Shown piece after piece: positions 26,539 to 35,522 of a stretch of DNA of 64,000 nt (position 1 is its first letter; each line of letters begins with the position of its first letter). A model generated the notes under the pieces. It saw only the letters and a program-made list of their open reading frames with translations, was not told the DNA's origin and made no database searches. The translations under genes were made by a program, and so were the position numbers. The stretch spans positions 3,857 to 67,856 of the IMG/VR virus record IMGVR_UViG_3300022602_000083, one strand, 5' to 3'. Source of the DNA: a virus.

Positions 26539-26574
26539 GTACTGACACCGGCCCGGCGTCGAAAAGAGGAAACT

Positions 26575-26769
26575 ATGTATGCATTTGGTGTGGTATCAGG
26601 AATGCTGTTGAGTTGGGGATGGCTAGTCTTTGCCTCTCCTGCTGCTCGTAGAAATGTAAAAGACTCGCATGCAGGTATGGTTGAGGTTCGCTGTACCAAC
26701 TGTGGTCGCATGAACTGGACCGTCTATTCAGAGGTCCGTACCGATGGTTATTGCGTAAGGTGTGCATAA
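26575..26769 (+). CDS. Membrane-anchored Zn-ribbon protein
   Basis: N-terminal hydrophobic helix; CTNC...CVRC. Confidence 0.6.
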   Translation: MYAFGVVSGMLLSWGWLVFASPAARRNVKDSHAGMVEVRCTNCGRMNWTVYSEVRTDGYCVRCA

Positions 26770-26933
26770 TGCCTAAATATGACTTTAAGTGTAATGAGTG
26801 TTCTGGCGTACAAGAGGTCTGGAAAGACTTTGGTGATGATACTCTTCCCGTCTGCTGTCAGCAAAGCATGACAAAGATCTACTCTGTTCCTGGTGGGATC
26901 ATCTTTAGAGGTGGCGGCTGGGGCGGTCAGTGA
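26769..26933 (+). CDS. FmdB-family Zn-ribbon protein
   Basis: MPKYDFKC..C...CC...IFRGGGW. Confidence 0.8.
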   Translation: MPKYDFKCNECSGVQEVWKDFGDDTLPVCCQQSMTKIYSVPGGIIFRGGGWGGQ

Positions 26934-27145
26934 GTTTATGGTCATGGTTCCTTGCGGCACTGGGCACGATTGGCATGTTCTATCTAGGTAAGAAGAATAT
27001 ATGGTCTTGGATCATTCTTATCTTCAATGAGCTTATCTGGGTTGTCTACGCTACCGCTACAAAGCAATACGGGTTCTATCTTGGATCATTAGCCTATATT
27101 CTTGTTTACATCAAGAATTACAGAGAATGGAAGCGTACCCACTAG
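26930..27145 (+). CDS. Short PnuC-like membrane protein
   Basis: Three transmembrane segments; KKNIWSW, QYGF and Y..W. Confidence 0.55.
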   Translation: MSLWSWFLAALGTIGMFYLGKKNIWSWIILIFNELIWVVYATATKQYGFYLGSLAYILVYIKNYREWKRTH

Positions 27146-27159
27146 GGTAGACTCATCCT

Positions 27160-27552
27160 ATGGATAAATACAGAAGCAGACGGTATAAGCCCGCAAGCTA
27201 TGAAGATTATGCTGCTACGCTATCCGCCATTGATAAGGATGCTTCTAAGAGCCGTACCTTTGGCCCAGGTTATCAAGAGATCTATGCCCCCACAACTGGT
27301 GGGGATCGCCCCCGTGCCATGAAGGCGGGGTATAACTATGAGAATGAAACCCTTATCATCATTATGAGGGATAACTACACCTGGATCCAGTATGATCAGG
27401 TTAGCCCTGAGATGTGGGATTCCCTACTTACCGCCGGTTCTAGCAATGAATACGTACATACAGTTTTAGAGGGTTGGCCGTGGAAGGTGGTCAATTATGG
27501 CAATATCCCTCGCACCCGTGGCCAGCACTTCGAGCTAGGCTCTGGGGAATAA
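27160..27552 (+). CDS. KTSC-domain protein (second copy)
   Basis: GYN..NETLIII.RD...YDQVSPEMWDSL..A.S; leaderless TAGACT-N6-ATG. Confidence 0.65.
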   Translation: MDKYRSRRYKPASYEDYAATLSAIDKDASKSRTFGPGYQEIYAPTTGGDRPRAMKAGYNYENETLIIIMRDNYTWIQYDQVSPEMWDSLLTAGSSNEYVHTVLEGWPWKVVNYGNIPRTRGQHFELGSGE

Positions 27553-27588
27553 TCTGCTACGATTAGGCTCTAATTACGAGAGGGATTT

Positions 27589-28179
27589 ATGACAACGCTT
27601 GCAGCTTTTCAAGGTAACGGCTTCGCAATTATTGGAGCCGACTCACGGGCAACTGACGATAATGGTAGCCATATCGTATTGTCTAACCCTAAAGTAACTT
27701 GGGATGACGACGACAATTATCTTTTTGCTATCACAGGTGCAACACGTGGTGGCAACTTAGTACAACAAGGTTGGACTCCACCAGAGCCTCCTGCATTTAG
27801 CACTGTACACAAGCTAGATCAGTTTATGACCCAAATCTTTATCGCTCAGATGCGAGATCACTTTATTGATTCAGGTTTTGAATCTAAAGCTCGTGATACT
27901 GCTGCGTGGACTGATTCTGCATTCCTAGTAGCTGTTCAAGGTGTTATCTACCCAATTAACTCAGATTACGGTTGGGATCGTGACCGTCGTGGTATTTATG
28001 TCTTTGGTAGCGGTGGAGATGTATCTCTAGGTGTTATGCATGCTCTTGGTATTGAAAAGTGCAAAGATGATCCTAAGAAGGCTAAAGAGATTATCAAGAA
28101 GGCTATCGAAGCTGCATGTGAGTGGAATGCTTATTGCGCCCTTCCAGTCGTAATTGAAACCCAGGTATTTGAGCAGTAA
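27589..28179 (+). CDS. Ntn-hydrolase protease (HslV / proteasome beta-like)
   Basis: N-terminal MTT, GADSRAT, K-V and GSGG. Confidence 0.85.
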   Translation: MTTLAAFQGNGFAIIGADSRATDDNGSHIVLSNPKVTWDDDDNYLFAITGATRGGNLVQQGWTPPEPPAFSTVHKLDQFMTQIFIAQMRDHFIDSGFESKARDTAAWTDSAFLVAVQGVIYPINSDYGWDRDRRGIYVFGSGGDVSLGVMHALGIEKCKDDPKKAKEIIKKAIEAACEWNAYCALPVVIETQVFEQ

Positions 28180-28255
28180 TAGCTTAAAGCTTTTGTTACT
28201 ATTCTCTAGTCCCAAGCGCATGGGACTTTAACCTCTCTAGAGAAAAGGTAATACA

Positions 28256-29218
28256 ATGGCAACAAGCCTCGAAGGTAATAACCTCGATTCTGCCGGTAAC
28301 GTAGCAGTTGACTTCGTATGGGGTAACTTCCCTCTACAACCAAATGATGCACGTACCGCAGGAACACCATCAGCAACTGTAACAGTCGGCGGTTCACAGA
28401 ACGTCGGTTGGACAAACACATCAACAGTCGCTTCAGCTCTTCTTAACTATGCTTATGATAGCCACGCTATCGCAGAAGCTAACTACTCAGGACACCCAAG
28501 CTTTATCGCTGCAGACCCTGTTCTTCGTGTAACAGCAGTTTCAGGTAACGGCACAACAATTACTTACACCGCTCAGAACCCTGGCTTCTTGTATGCAGCT
28601 GGTTCTAACGTAACAATCACTGGTCTTACAAACTCAGCATTTAACCTCACAAACGCTACAATTGCTACAGCTAATGCTTATCAATTCACAGTAACCAACT
28701 CGGCTGGTTCAGGCGTATCAATCACAGGTCAGTCAGGCGTTGCAACACTTGGTGCAGGCGCAGCTGATTCAGATGGTTCATATGTCGGTTCCGTTGGTTA
28801 TGTAACAGTTCCAAACGTTCTTGGAAAGACTGCTACAAACGCAGCTACTCAGCTTACAGATCTAGAGCTTGTCGTAACAACAGCCTCTGCTTATGTTCCA
28901 GCAATCTCTAACGTAGTTCTTACATCTAACGTTGTAACAGTAACAACTGCTGCAGCACACGGATTTGCAGTTAATGACTCAGTAGTAGTTGCCGCTGTAA
29001 CTAACACAGCTATCAACGGTACATTTACTATCACAGCCGTAACATCAACAACCTTCTCATATGCCCTTACTCACACTAATATCTCTACTGGCGCTGATAC
29101 AGGTACAGCTAAGGTTGCAGCTCGCTTCAGCACTGTCTACAGCCAATCAGTTGCTGCAGGTACTGCTTCAATCGCAGCTGGTACAGCAATCACAATCACA
29201 CCTTACTCAGCTTCTTAA
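28256..29218 (+). CDS. Thr/Ala-rich virion protein with split PASTA-like domain
   Basis: VPNVLGKT...[insert]...VYSQSVAAGT; beta-sandwich repeats. Confidence 0.65.
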   Translation: MATSLEGNNLDSAGNVAVDFVWGNFPLQPNDARTAGTPSATVTVGGSQNVGWTNTSTVASALLNYAYDSHAIAEANYSGHPSFIAADPVLRVTAVSGNGTTITYTAQNPGFLYAAGSNVTITGLTNSAFNLTNATIATANAYQFTVTNSAGSGVSITGQSGVATLGAGAADSDGSYVGSVGYVTVPNVLGKTATNAATQLTDLELVVTTASAYVPAISNVVLTSNVVTVTTAAAHGFAVNDSVVVAAVTNTAINGTFTITAVTSTTFSYALTHTNISTGADTGTAKVAARFSTVYSQSVAAGTASIAAGTAITITPYSAS

Positions 29219-29226
29219 TCGAACTG

Positions 29227-29260
29227 AAAAAGAGCCGGGAGTTAACGCTCCCGGCTTTTT
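29227..29260 (+). terminator. Intrinsic terminator
   Basis: GAGCCGGGAG...CTCCCGGCTTTTT. Confidence 0.85.
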
Positions 29261-29282
29261 GCTTTAGTGGGAGAATAAAGCT

Positions 29283-29540
29283 ATGACCCACCCTAAAAAA
29301 GAGCATCGCCAGTTTAAGGTGCCAATGAAAGATCCCGCAACGGTGGGTAGGCTTGGGGACACTAGATTCCCTCTTCCCAATTCTGTAGTAGACTACGACC
29401 AGATCTACTATGGCTTAGGACCTGATTCTGACATAGATATGGACCAACATCAAGGGACGGATATAGATGACACAGCTAATGGAACCGGAGCTACAGGAGA
29501 TGCTGCAGGCGGAGGAATCGCAGGGGCGAATTCAGTGTGA
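29283..29540 (+). CDS. Hypothetical protein, leaderless
   Basis: GAGAAT-N6-ATG. Confidence 0.5.
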   Translation: MTHPKKEHRQFKVPMKDPATVGRLGDTRFPLPNSVVDYDQIYYGLGPDSDIDMDQHQGTDIDDTANGTGATGDAAGGGIAGANSV

Positions 29541-29679
29541 TGGCTGCTCAGCTAGAGCCCAAACCACAGTAATCCTTCCTTACGGGGAACTTTCCTTTTG
29601 CATGCATCACTATAATAAAAACGCTCAAGCGCTTACAAACCAAGGCGGAATTGCTAAACTCTTGTCTGAATCAGAATAG
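29467..29679 (+). CDS. Small actinobacterial-type Zn-binding protein
   Basis: CDGCSARA...GELSFCMHH. Confidence 0.6.
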   Translation: MTQLMEPELQEMLQAEESQGRIQCDGCSARAQTTVILPYGELSFCMHHYNKNAQALTNQGGIAKLLSESE

Positions 29680-29692
29680 ATGGGACATTAGC

Positions 29693-30226
29693 ATGCTACT
29701 TAATACTCCTGGCGGTCAGGGCGGACAGAATATTGCAGGTGCAGGCGGAGGCGGAGCAGCCGCTGCTATCTTTGGTGGTATTGCTAACCTTGCAAGTGCT
29801 AAAAATAAATTTGCTATTCAAAAGAGCCTTATGGACTATTCCCATCAGCAGAAGCTTGATGAGATCACCCACAGAGAAAAAGCTAAAGCTTTAGGCACTG
29901 GATTAACTATTGCTGCTGGTCATGCAGCATCTATGGCCGCATATCAAAATGCATTAGGTGATGCCGCAGGAAAAGAACTTTATGGTCAGCATCTTGCGGA
30001 AGCACCTCTAAATGAAAAAGGTGTATTTAGTCCCAGTGCTGCTATTCGTGCTGCCAAATATAGAACTGAAAAAAAGGCTAATAGTGGAGCTGAAACAACT
30101 CCTGCTGCAACAACATCTCCTGAAGATGTGTACAGTGAAGGAACTCCTATGGGAGAAAACCCAGGTCTTGAGGTAAATCCTAGTCGTACAAATAATCTTA
30201 GTGTTGGAATGGGAGAGGGTAAGTAA
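29693..30226 (+). CDS. Gly/Ala-rich possible internal virion (pilot-like) protein
   Basis: N-terminal Gly/Ala hydrophobic stretch followed by a helical region. Confidence 0.5.
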   Translation: MLLNTPGGQGGQNIAGAGGGGAAAAIFGGIANLASAKNKFAIQKSLMDYSHQQKLDEITHREKAKALGTGLTIAAGHAASMAAYQNALGDAAGKELYGQHLAEAPLNEKGVFSPSAAIRAAKYRTEKKANSGAETTPAATTSPEDVYSEGTPMGENPGLEVNPSRTNNLSVGMGEGK

Positions 30227-30228
30227 TC

Positions 30229-32592
30229 ATGGGTCAATTTGATAATATTGTAAAGAAGGCTCCTGAGGGACGCATACTTCTTAGTATTCCTCGTGAGGCA
30301 TTTCCTGAGAAGACACAGGGCAATCTTCCTGCAGGTAACGTTACTGTTGCCGGTGTAGAAGGATACAATCCTAAAGATACAAACCAAGGTGGGCCAGCTG
30401 CTACATCTCTTCCAGTTCGTGCTAACCGAGTACTTCCAAAAAAGGTTGACATAGCTGTTAATGGTAAGCGTTATGTTAAGCCTGAAGAACCAGCAAGTTC
30501 TGTAACAGGCGAAACTATTCCAGCGCCATCTGCAAGTGAGATCACTTCTCTTAGAAGAGCTCATGCTAAAGATCTTAAGATGCAGACTGTGCCTGGTGTA
30601 AAACCTACTTCACAACCATGGACTCCAGAAGAAGATACTAATCCTGAATCAACTACCACACTTGAGCTTGATGAAGAAGCAAGTAAGAAATTTGGAATTA
30701 CAAAAACAAAGCTAAAGCCTAAGTATGCTGAAGAGAAAGCACAGGCTGAATCTGGTGCGGAAACTGCTGGCATGATTGAACGCCATATCAAAGCATATGG
30801 CAAAGGACCTGAATCTAAGCCTCTTATTGAAGCTAATCAACAAGAAGTTAAGCCTGGAATAGAAGAACTACGTCGTGAGCGTAAGCTTAAGGGAAAGCGT
30901 GGAATTAAGAATTCTGGCATGTTTGATAAAGCTGGAAATCCAATTGAGTCTACAAATCCTGGAAATCAAGGTGGAACAGTAACATCTGCTCCACGAGTTA
31001 ATGGGGAAGAGGGTCTTCTTGCAGAATCTCGCCCAGCTGATGTATATCAAAAGCCAGAGGTACAGTCTACTGGTACTGTGATCCCACTTCACAATATCTT
31101 CCCTAAAGTAGATTTTGGAAAGACTACTCCTCAATTAGAAGCTATTAAGAAAAAGCAACTTGCTAATCAAGGTCCTAGAACAACTACTCAGGTTCTTGAT
31201 CAAAATAAGCTTAATGCTGTAACTTCAGGTGAGCGTTCTAATGAACAAGAGGTTGTTGCTAAGTCTAAGCTTAATGAGCGTTTTGATGCTGAAGAGCGTC
31301 GTCCTATACATTCCCCAGAGGTTATTTCTAAGGCTAAGGAATTGGCCGGTCGCCCTGTAGCTGCAGGCGGACATGGTCTTCCTCGTCAAGCTATTGAGCA
31401 CCCTGCATTTGAAGATACGCATAGAGATATTGTTCGTAAAGCATATGTTATGCATCACACAGGTATCACACAAGATACTGCTGGTACCGACGTAGAGAAG
31501 CTTGAAAAATACACAGGTAAAGGCCCTACTGCTAAAGGCCGTGTTGATCAAGCGTATAAGCTTATTCAAAATAAAGAACGCTTTGAAGCGTCTAAGGCTC
31601 CAGGTACAGGATACACATACAGTCCTGAACAAGGTAACGTTGATCTTGCAAGAGACAAGTTTAAGACACGCAGCGGTGAGATAGTACCTATGTCATTCAC
31701 AGCTCATCCAGAACATCCGTTGAAGAATGGACCTATGGAAGGCAGTGCTGTAGGATTTATTGGGTTTACCTCACATCCTGCAACAGGTGGAGTTCCACTT
31801 GTTAAGGGAAAGATGGAAGCAGGAGAAGGTGAGCCTCTTCATCAAGGTTATCATCCATATAAGGATAAAGAAGGTAACCGAGTATTTGAACACCACAATA
31901 TCCCTGCAAACGCTGTGCATGCTGCAGACTTAGTTAAGGATATGGTGCATCACGAAGTAGGACCTAGAAATGCTATTAGCAGACTAAAGAAGGGTTCTGA
32001 ACTTCCACTTGATATTGGAGGACTTGCAGTAACTGCTGCAAAGCCAGCCCCTATTGCTGGTTCAAAACCAACTGTATCTGTAGAAGGACCTGTACGTCAA
32101 GGAGAAGCACAACCACGTATGCCAGGAGATACTCAGTCACATTCATATCATGTATCTAGAGGAATTAACAGCCCTAGCTGCCCAGAGTGTGTAAAGACTG
32201 CGTCTGCTGCATCTAAAGAACGTGCTGCTGCTAAAGCTTCAGAGTTTACGATTCTTGCTGGAAAACTTAGCGAAGAAGGACGCCCACCACTTGCACAAAG
32301 CGGTGCTATAGGCACAGGCAGTGGCGAGACTCGTACGATGACCCCAGGAGAACGAGCTGCTCGTAATCCTAAGGTAAGTGAGAGAGAAGGCGGCTTTGTT
32401 GAAGTAAAGCAGGGCGCTGTCGAAGCTCGTAAGAACCTAGGCAATGCAGGTTCAACTGGAAGACCAGCAGTAAAATCTGATATTGATAAGGCAAGAGCTG
32501 ACAAACATATTACGAAATCTGAGGCTCTAGAACTTAAGGTAAGCTCTGGATCCCTATCTGCTGATAAGTCAAAATTTAAAGACAAGAAGTAA
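30229..32592 (+). CDS. Large, mostly disordered protein
   Basis: 787 aa, rich in K/E/P/G, with H..H...CPEC near the C-terminus. Confidence 0.75.
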   Translation: MGQFDNIVKKAPEGRILLSIPREAFPEKTQGNLPAGNVTVAGVEGYNPKDTNQGGPAATSLPVRANRVLPKKVDIAVNGKRYVKPEEPASSVTGETIPAPSASEITSLRRAHAKDLKMQTVPGVKPTSQPWTPEEDTNPESTTTLELDEEASKKFGITKTKLKPKYAEEKAQAESGAETAGMIERHIKAYGKGPESKPLIEANQQEVKPGIEELRRERKLKGKRGIKNSGMFDKAGNPIESTNPGNQGGTVTSAPRVNGEEGLLAESRPADVYQKPEVQSTGTVIPLHNIFPKVDFGKTTPQLEAIKKKQLANQGPRTTTQVLDQNKLNAVTSGERSNEQEVVAKSKLNERFDAEERRPIHSPEVISKAKELAGRPVAAGGHGLPRQAIEHPAFEDTHRDIVRKAYVMHHTGITQDTAGTDVEKLEKYTGKGPTAKGRVDQAYKLIQNKERFEASKAPGTGYTYSPEQGNVDLARDKFKTRSGEIVPMSFTAHPEHPLKNGPMEGSAVGFIGFTSHPATGGVPLVKGKMEAGEGEPLHQGYHPYKDKEGNRVFEHHNIPANAVHAADLVKDMVHHEVGPRNAISRLKKGSELPLDIGGLAVTAAKPAPIAGSKPTVSVEGPVRQGEAQPRMPGDTQSHSYHVSRGINSPSCPECVKTASAASKERAAAKASEFTILAGKLSEEGRPPLAQSGAIGTGSGETRTMTPGERAARNPKVSEREGGFVEVKQGAVEARKNLGNAGSTGRPAVKSDIDKARADKHITKSEALELKVSSGSLSADKSKFKDKK

Positions 32593-32597
32593 CCCTG

Positions 32598-32777
32598 ATG
32601 GCTAGGAACGCCAACTTCGTTCGACCAGAAGAACATTCACGTCAAGCCCCAAGCCTACGCTATGGGGCTCAAGACGCTAAGAATTACCTGACAGGTCAGA
32701 AGTATCAGAAAGATCCTAATAAGGAGACCTTTGTTGCACGTCCTGGACGTGGAGCTTCTGGAGAGTCGAGTAACTGA
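32598..32777 (+). CDS. 59 aa basic protein (not in ORF track)
   Basis: TGATG coupling to next gene. Confidence 0.5.
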   Translation: MARNANFVRPEEHSRQAPSLRYGAQDAKNYLTGQKYQKDPNKETFVARPGRGASGESSN

Positions 32778-33055
32778 TGCCTAAGAGAAAAAGCCTCTAT
32801 TACGGCTCTAAGACTAATCCTGATAGCCCTATAGCTCGTCAGGCCGTCTCTCAGCGGGGTTCTAAGGCCGCACGTCCATGGAATCATCCGGATGTTGTAA
32901 AAGCCACACACACCTATGGCGTACCGTTCAATAGTTACAAGCAAGTGCATAAATACGAGAACACCATTCAAGACATGGGATCTTTGGAAGATAGTGAGAG
33001 GTTTACTTGCAGAGAATGCGGTAAGCTTAACTCTGAACATAAGGAGCATATGTAA
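32777..33055 (+). CDS. Hypothetical protein with C-terminal CxxC...H
   Basis: CRECG...H. Confidence 0.6.
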   Translation: MPKRKSLYYGSKTNPDSPIARQAVSQRGSKAARPWNHPDVVKATHTYGVPFNSYKQVHKYENTIQDMGSLEDSERFTCRECGKLNSEHKEHM

Positions 33056-33318
33056 TGGCAACTAAAAAGAAATCTGCTGCTTGGACACGCAAAGAAGGTC
33101 AGAACCCTAATGGTGGGTTAAACGCCAAGGGACGTGCCTCTGCTAAGAAAGAGGGACATGATCTAAAGGCTCCTAGCAAAGATCATAAGAACAAGCGCCA
33201 TAAATCTTTCTGTGCACGCATGCAAGGCATGAAAAAGCACAACACATCTTCTAAGACGGCTAAAGATCCAAACAGCCGTATCAATAAGTCACTACGAGCA
33301 TGGGATTGTAACTGCTAA
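33055..33318 (+). CDS. Conserved basic phage protein
   Basis: GGLNAKGRAS, KSFCARM and SLRAWDC. Confidence 0.75.
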   Translation: MATKKKSAAWTRKEGQNPNGGLNAKGRASAKKEGHDLKAPSKDHKNKRHKSFCARMQGMKKHNTSSKTAKDPNSRINKSLRAWDCNC

Positions 33319-33476
33319 TGGCTAAAGAAGTTTGGGACACACCAGATCCTAAGAAAAAAAGCAAACCGCTGTCTTCTAAGAAGAAGTCTGCTGCTAAAGC
33401 TAGAGCTAAAGCTTCTGGGCGCCCTTATCCTAATCTTATTGATAATATGGCCGCATCTAAGAAAAAGGGCAAATAA
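33318..33476 (+). CDS. 52 aa Lys-rich protein (not in ORF track)
   Basis: AKARAKASGRPYPNLIDNM; TAATG coupling at both ends. Confidence 0.65.
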   Translation: MAKEVWDTPDPKKKSKPLSSKKKSAAKARAKASGRPYPNLIDNMAASKKKGK

Positions 33477-33769
33477 TGGCAACCAAGAAAAAAGAAGTAG
33501 CTGGCGGTAAAGAGTACAAAGGCTCTGCTGCTAATGGTGGTCGCAAGATTATCGTAGAGCATTACAAAGACAAGAACGGAAAGTGGCACACCACTTCCAA
33601 GAACGCTGCTCGTGCTAAGTATGAGAAGAAGCATGGCAAACTATCTAAAGATACAGACGTTGACCACCGTGATAATAATCACGATAACGACTCTGCGAGC
33701 AATCTGCGCCCATTAGCACACGGCAAGAATACTGCCAAGGAAAATAAGCGTAGGGCAGGTAAAAAATGA
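33476..33769 (+). CDS. HNH endonuclease-like protein
   Basis: DVDHRDNNHDNDSASNL...N. Confidence 0.75.
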   Translation: MATKKKEVAGGKEYKGSAANGGRKIIVEHYKDKNGKWHTTSKNAARAKYEKKHGKLSKDTDVDHRDNNHDNDSASNLRPLAHGKNTAKENKRRAGKK

Positions 33770-33969
33770 ATAAGGATGAATACGAAGCTATAGAGTACCC
33801 AGACTCAGAAAATCCAAAATGGGCCAAAGAACATAGTAAGTACAATAAGATACAAGGCTCTACTAATGGGGCCAACCTTAACCATGGAAATAAATGCCTT
33901 TGGTGCAACTATGCAAGTTTAATGAGTCGCAATGATCATTTTGATACAGGTACTTCAGAAGGAAAATAA
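33766..33969 (+). CDS. Hypothetical protein
   Basis: ATGA coupling. Confidence 0.55.
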   Translation: MNKDEYEAIEYPDSENPKWAKEHSKYNKIQGSTNGANLNHGNKCLWCNYASLMSRNDHFDTGTSEGK

Positions 33970-33997
33970 AAAAAGCCCCAGTTACGGGGCCTTCTTT
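33968..33997. terminator. Bidirectional terminator between convergent genes
   Basis: AAAAAA-GCCCC-AGTTAC-GGGGC-CTTCTTT. Confidence 0.7.
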
Positions 33998-34006
33998 ATT
34001 GTTGGC

Positions 34007-34528
34007 CTAAGCCTTTAGATATTGAGGGCAGAGCTTGATCCACTGCTGAACTAGCCAGTGATCTCGCTCACCTGGGTCTGCATGCCAAGGGGTCCAGTTC
34101 TTACCCCCAGAACTCATCCTGTAGGCGATCTGAGCGTTTGTAACCGGATCATGTAAGTCATTGGCTGACCTAAGCCCAAACTCCTTCACACGGCCCTTTA
34201 AAGCCCCGTAAAGGTTAATCTGGAAGACCCCATAGGAGTTATCTCCTGTGCGAGGGTTGTAATTGTGTGCCATAGGGTTTCCATGAGTTTCTTTCATGGC
34301 TACAGCCCAGGCCACCTTAAGTGAATGACCTTTAAACCCCGCAAGCTGCAATACCTGGTAAAGCTGCTTTGGGTTTAATTTTTTGGCTAGTCTGTACTCG
34401 CCTAGTGGGGTTAGGCACTTTCCTATTACGGGAGCCGCTGCCCTAGCAGGCGCAGATATAAGGTTCCCAAAGGACAGAAGTATTACGAGTCCTATTACTA
34501 GATAATTCCTTTTGTCATATAAATTCAC
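34007..34528 (-). CDS. Exported lysozyme-like lytic transglycosylase
   Basis: Signal-like N-terminus; AVAMKET, SYGVFQIN and NAQIAY; GTG start after AGGAG. Confidence 0.85.
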   Translation of the reverse strand: MNLYDKRNYLVIGLVILLSFGNLISAPARAAAPVIGKCLTPLGEYRLAKKLNPKQLYQVLQLAGFKGHSLKVAWAVAMKETHGNPMAHNYNPRTGDNSYGVFQINLYGALKGRVKEFGLRSANDLHDPVTNAQIAYRMSSGGKNWTPWHADPGERDHWLVQQWIKLCPQYLKA

Positions 34529-34663
34529 ACTATCTCCTAGGCTAGAGAGCCAACCCGAATCTTTATTCAACTGTCACTTGAATAAAAATAGCCTGGCGTC
34601 TGTCTGCCAAGCTAGTTGCAACTCTGTTGTTTCGTTGTTAGTGTTGAGAGGATTAACCTCTCT
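34529..34663 (-). ncRNA. Structured 5' leader (riboswitch-like candidate)
   Basis: Four hairpins between the promoter and RBS; two loops share GACAG. Confidence 0.45.
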
Positions 34664-34681
34664 ACCGTTAGTATAGCTGTA
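34662..34681 (-). promoter_or_regulatory. Conserved phage promoter motif
   Basis: TACAGCTATACTAACGGTAG on the - strand. Confidence 0.7.
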
Positions 34682-34749
34682 AATACGGCATCATGCCAAT
34701 CGCTAACATGGTGTAATATTAGGAGATAAATCACAATAAGGGGCAAAAA

Positions 34750-35028
34750 TTGAGTATTGAACGTATACCTACTAAGCAAGGTCATCCAGTTCCAGCATCT
34801 TCACATTCCCCTAAGGGACCGTTTCCACCTGACATTTATTTCCGTCCAGAGGTAATAAGCGAGTATTACAGACCCGGACAAGATGACATTGTTGAGGGCG
34901 CTACTGCTCAAAATAATTTCTCACCTCCTAAGGTGTTCAAGTGCAGAGACTGCTCTATGTTAGTATTAGAACACGAAATTCCAGATCATCAATGTCCGGA
35001 GGGGGATGAAGATGGCGCAGACGCATGA
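34750..35028 (+). CDS. Zn-finger protein
   Basis: FKCRDC...HQC. Confidence 0.65.
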   Translation: MSIERIPTKQGHPVPASSHSPKGPFPPDIYFRPEVISEYYRPGQDDIVEGATAQNNFSPPKVFKCRDCSMLVLEHEIPDHQCPEGDEDGADA

Positions 35029-35302
35029 TGTAGGTAACAAGTACTTCTGGCATTTTATGGTTTACCCATTGAAGCCTAAGGTAGTTATTGAAACCTCAAC
35101 TACACAAGAGATCGAAGATCCATTTAGATTTGGTAAAGGTATTGTCTTTAGACTCCCATTAACAAGACTGTCTATCGTCTTAGGTAAGTGGGTAGCACAA
35201 TATGAAGAAAGTCAAGCACTCACTAACGCTATAGCTGGCAGACCAGTAGCACAAGATGAGTTTGACTGGGACAACGTTAGAGGGGAAGAGTACGATGTTT
35301 AA
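35012..35302 (+). CDS. Hypothetical phage protein
   Basis: Overlapping operon ORF. Confidence 0.65.
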   Translation: MAQTHDVGNKYFWHFMVYPLKPKVVIETSTTQEIEDPFRFGKGIVFRLPLTRLSIVLGKWVAQYEESQALTNAIAGRPVAQDEFDWDNVRGEEYDV

Positions 35303-35522
35303 GAAGAAAGAAGAGCGGGTTAAGACACGTATTGAAAAGCGTGTATCTAAGCTATCTACACCGGAGCTACTTACCTGGTCGGATCAAGTTCTGTATTCAA
35401 TTGGACGTAACTTATCTAGTTGGCAGAAGACTGACGATTCTTTTCACCTAGAAGAGGCAAGAGTTGGGGCTGAATCCATCCATGCCATCCTTGAAACACT
35501 AACTGAAAGATTCCCTAAGTGA
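35295..35522 (+). CDS. Small helical protein upstream of terminase
   Basis: Position and GTGA coupling; could be a small terminase. Confidence 0.55.
   Translation: MFKKKEERVKTRIEKRVSKLSTPELLTWSDQVLYSIGRNLSSWQKTDDSFHLEEARVGAESIHAILETLTERFPK

Noticed and set aside
29986-32636. Long antisense ORFs from the ORF track (also 39701..40174, 51913..52377 and similar)
   Set aside because: They shadow well-supported genes on the opposite strand and lack RBS or recognisable motifs.
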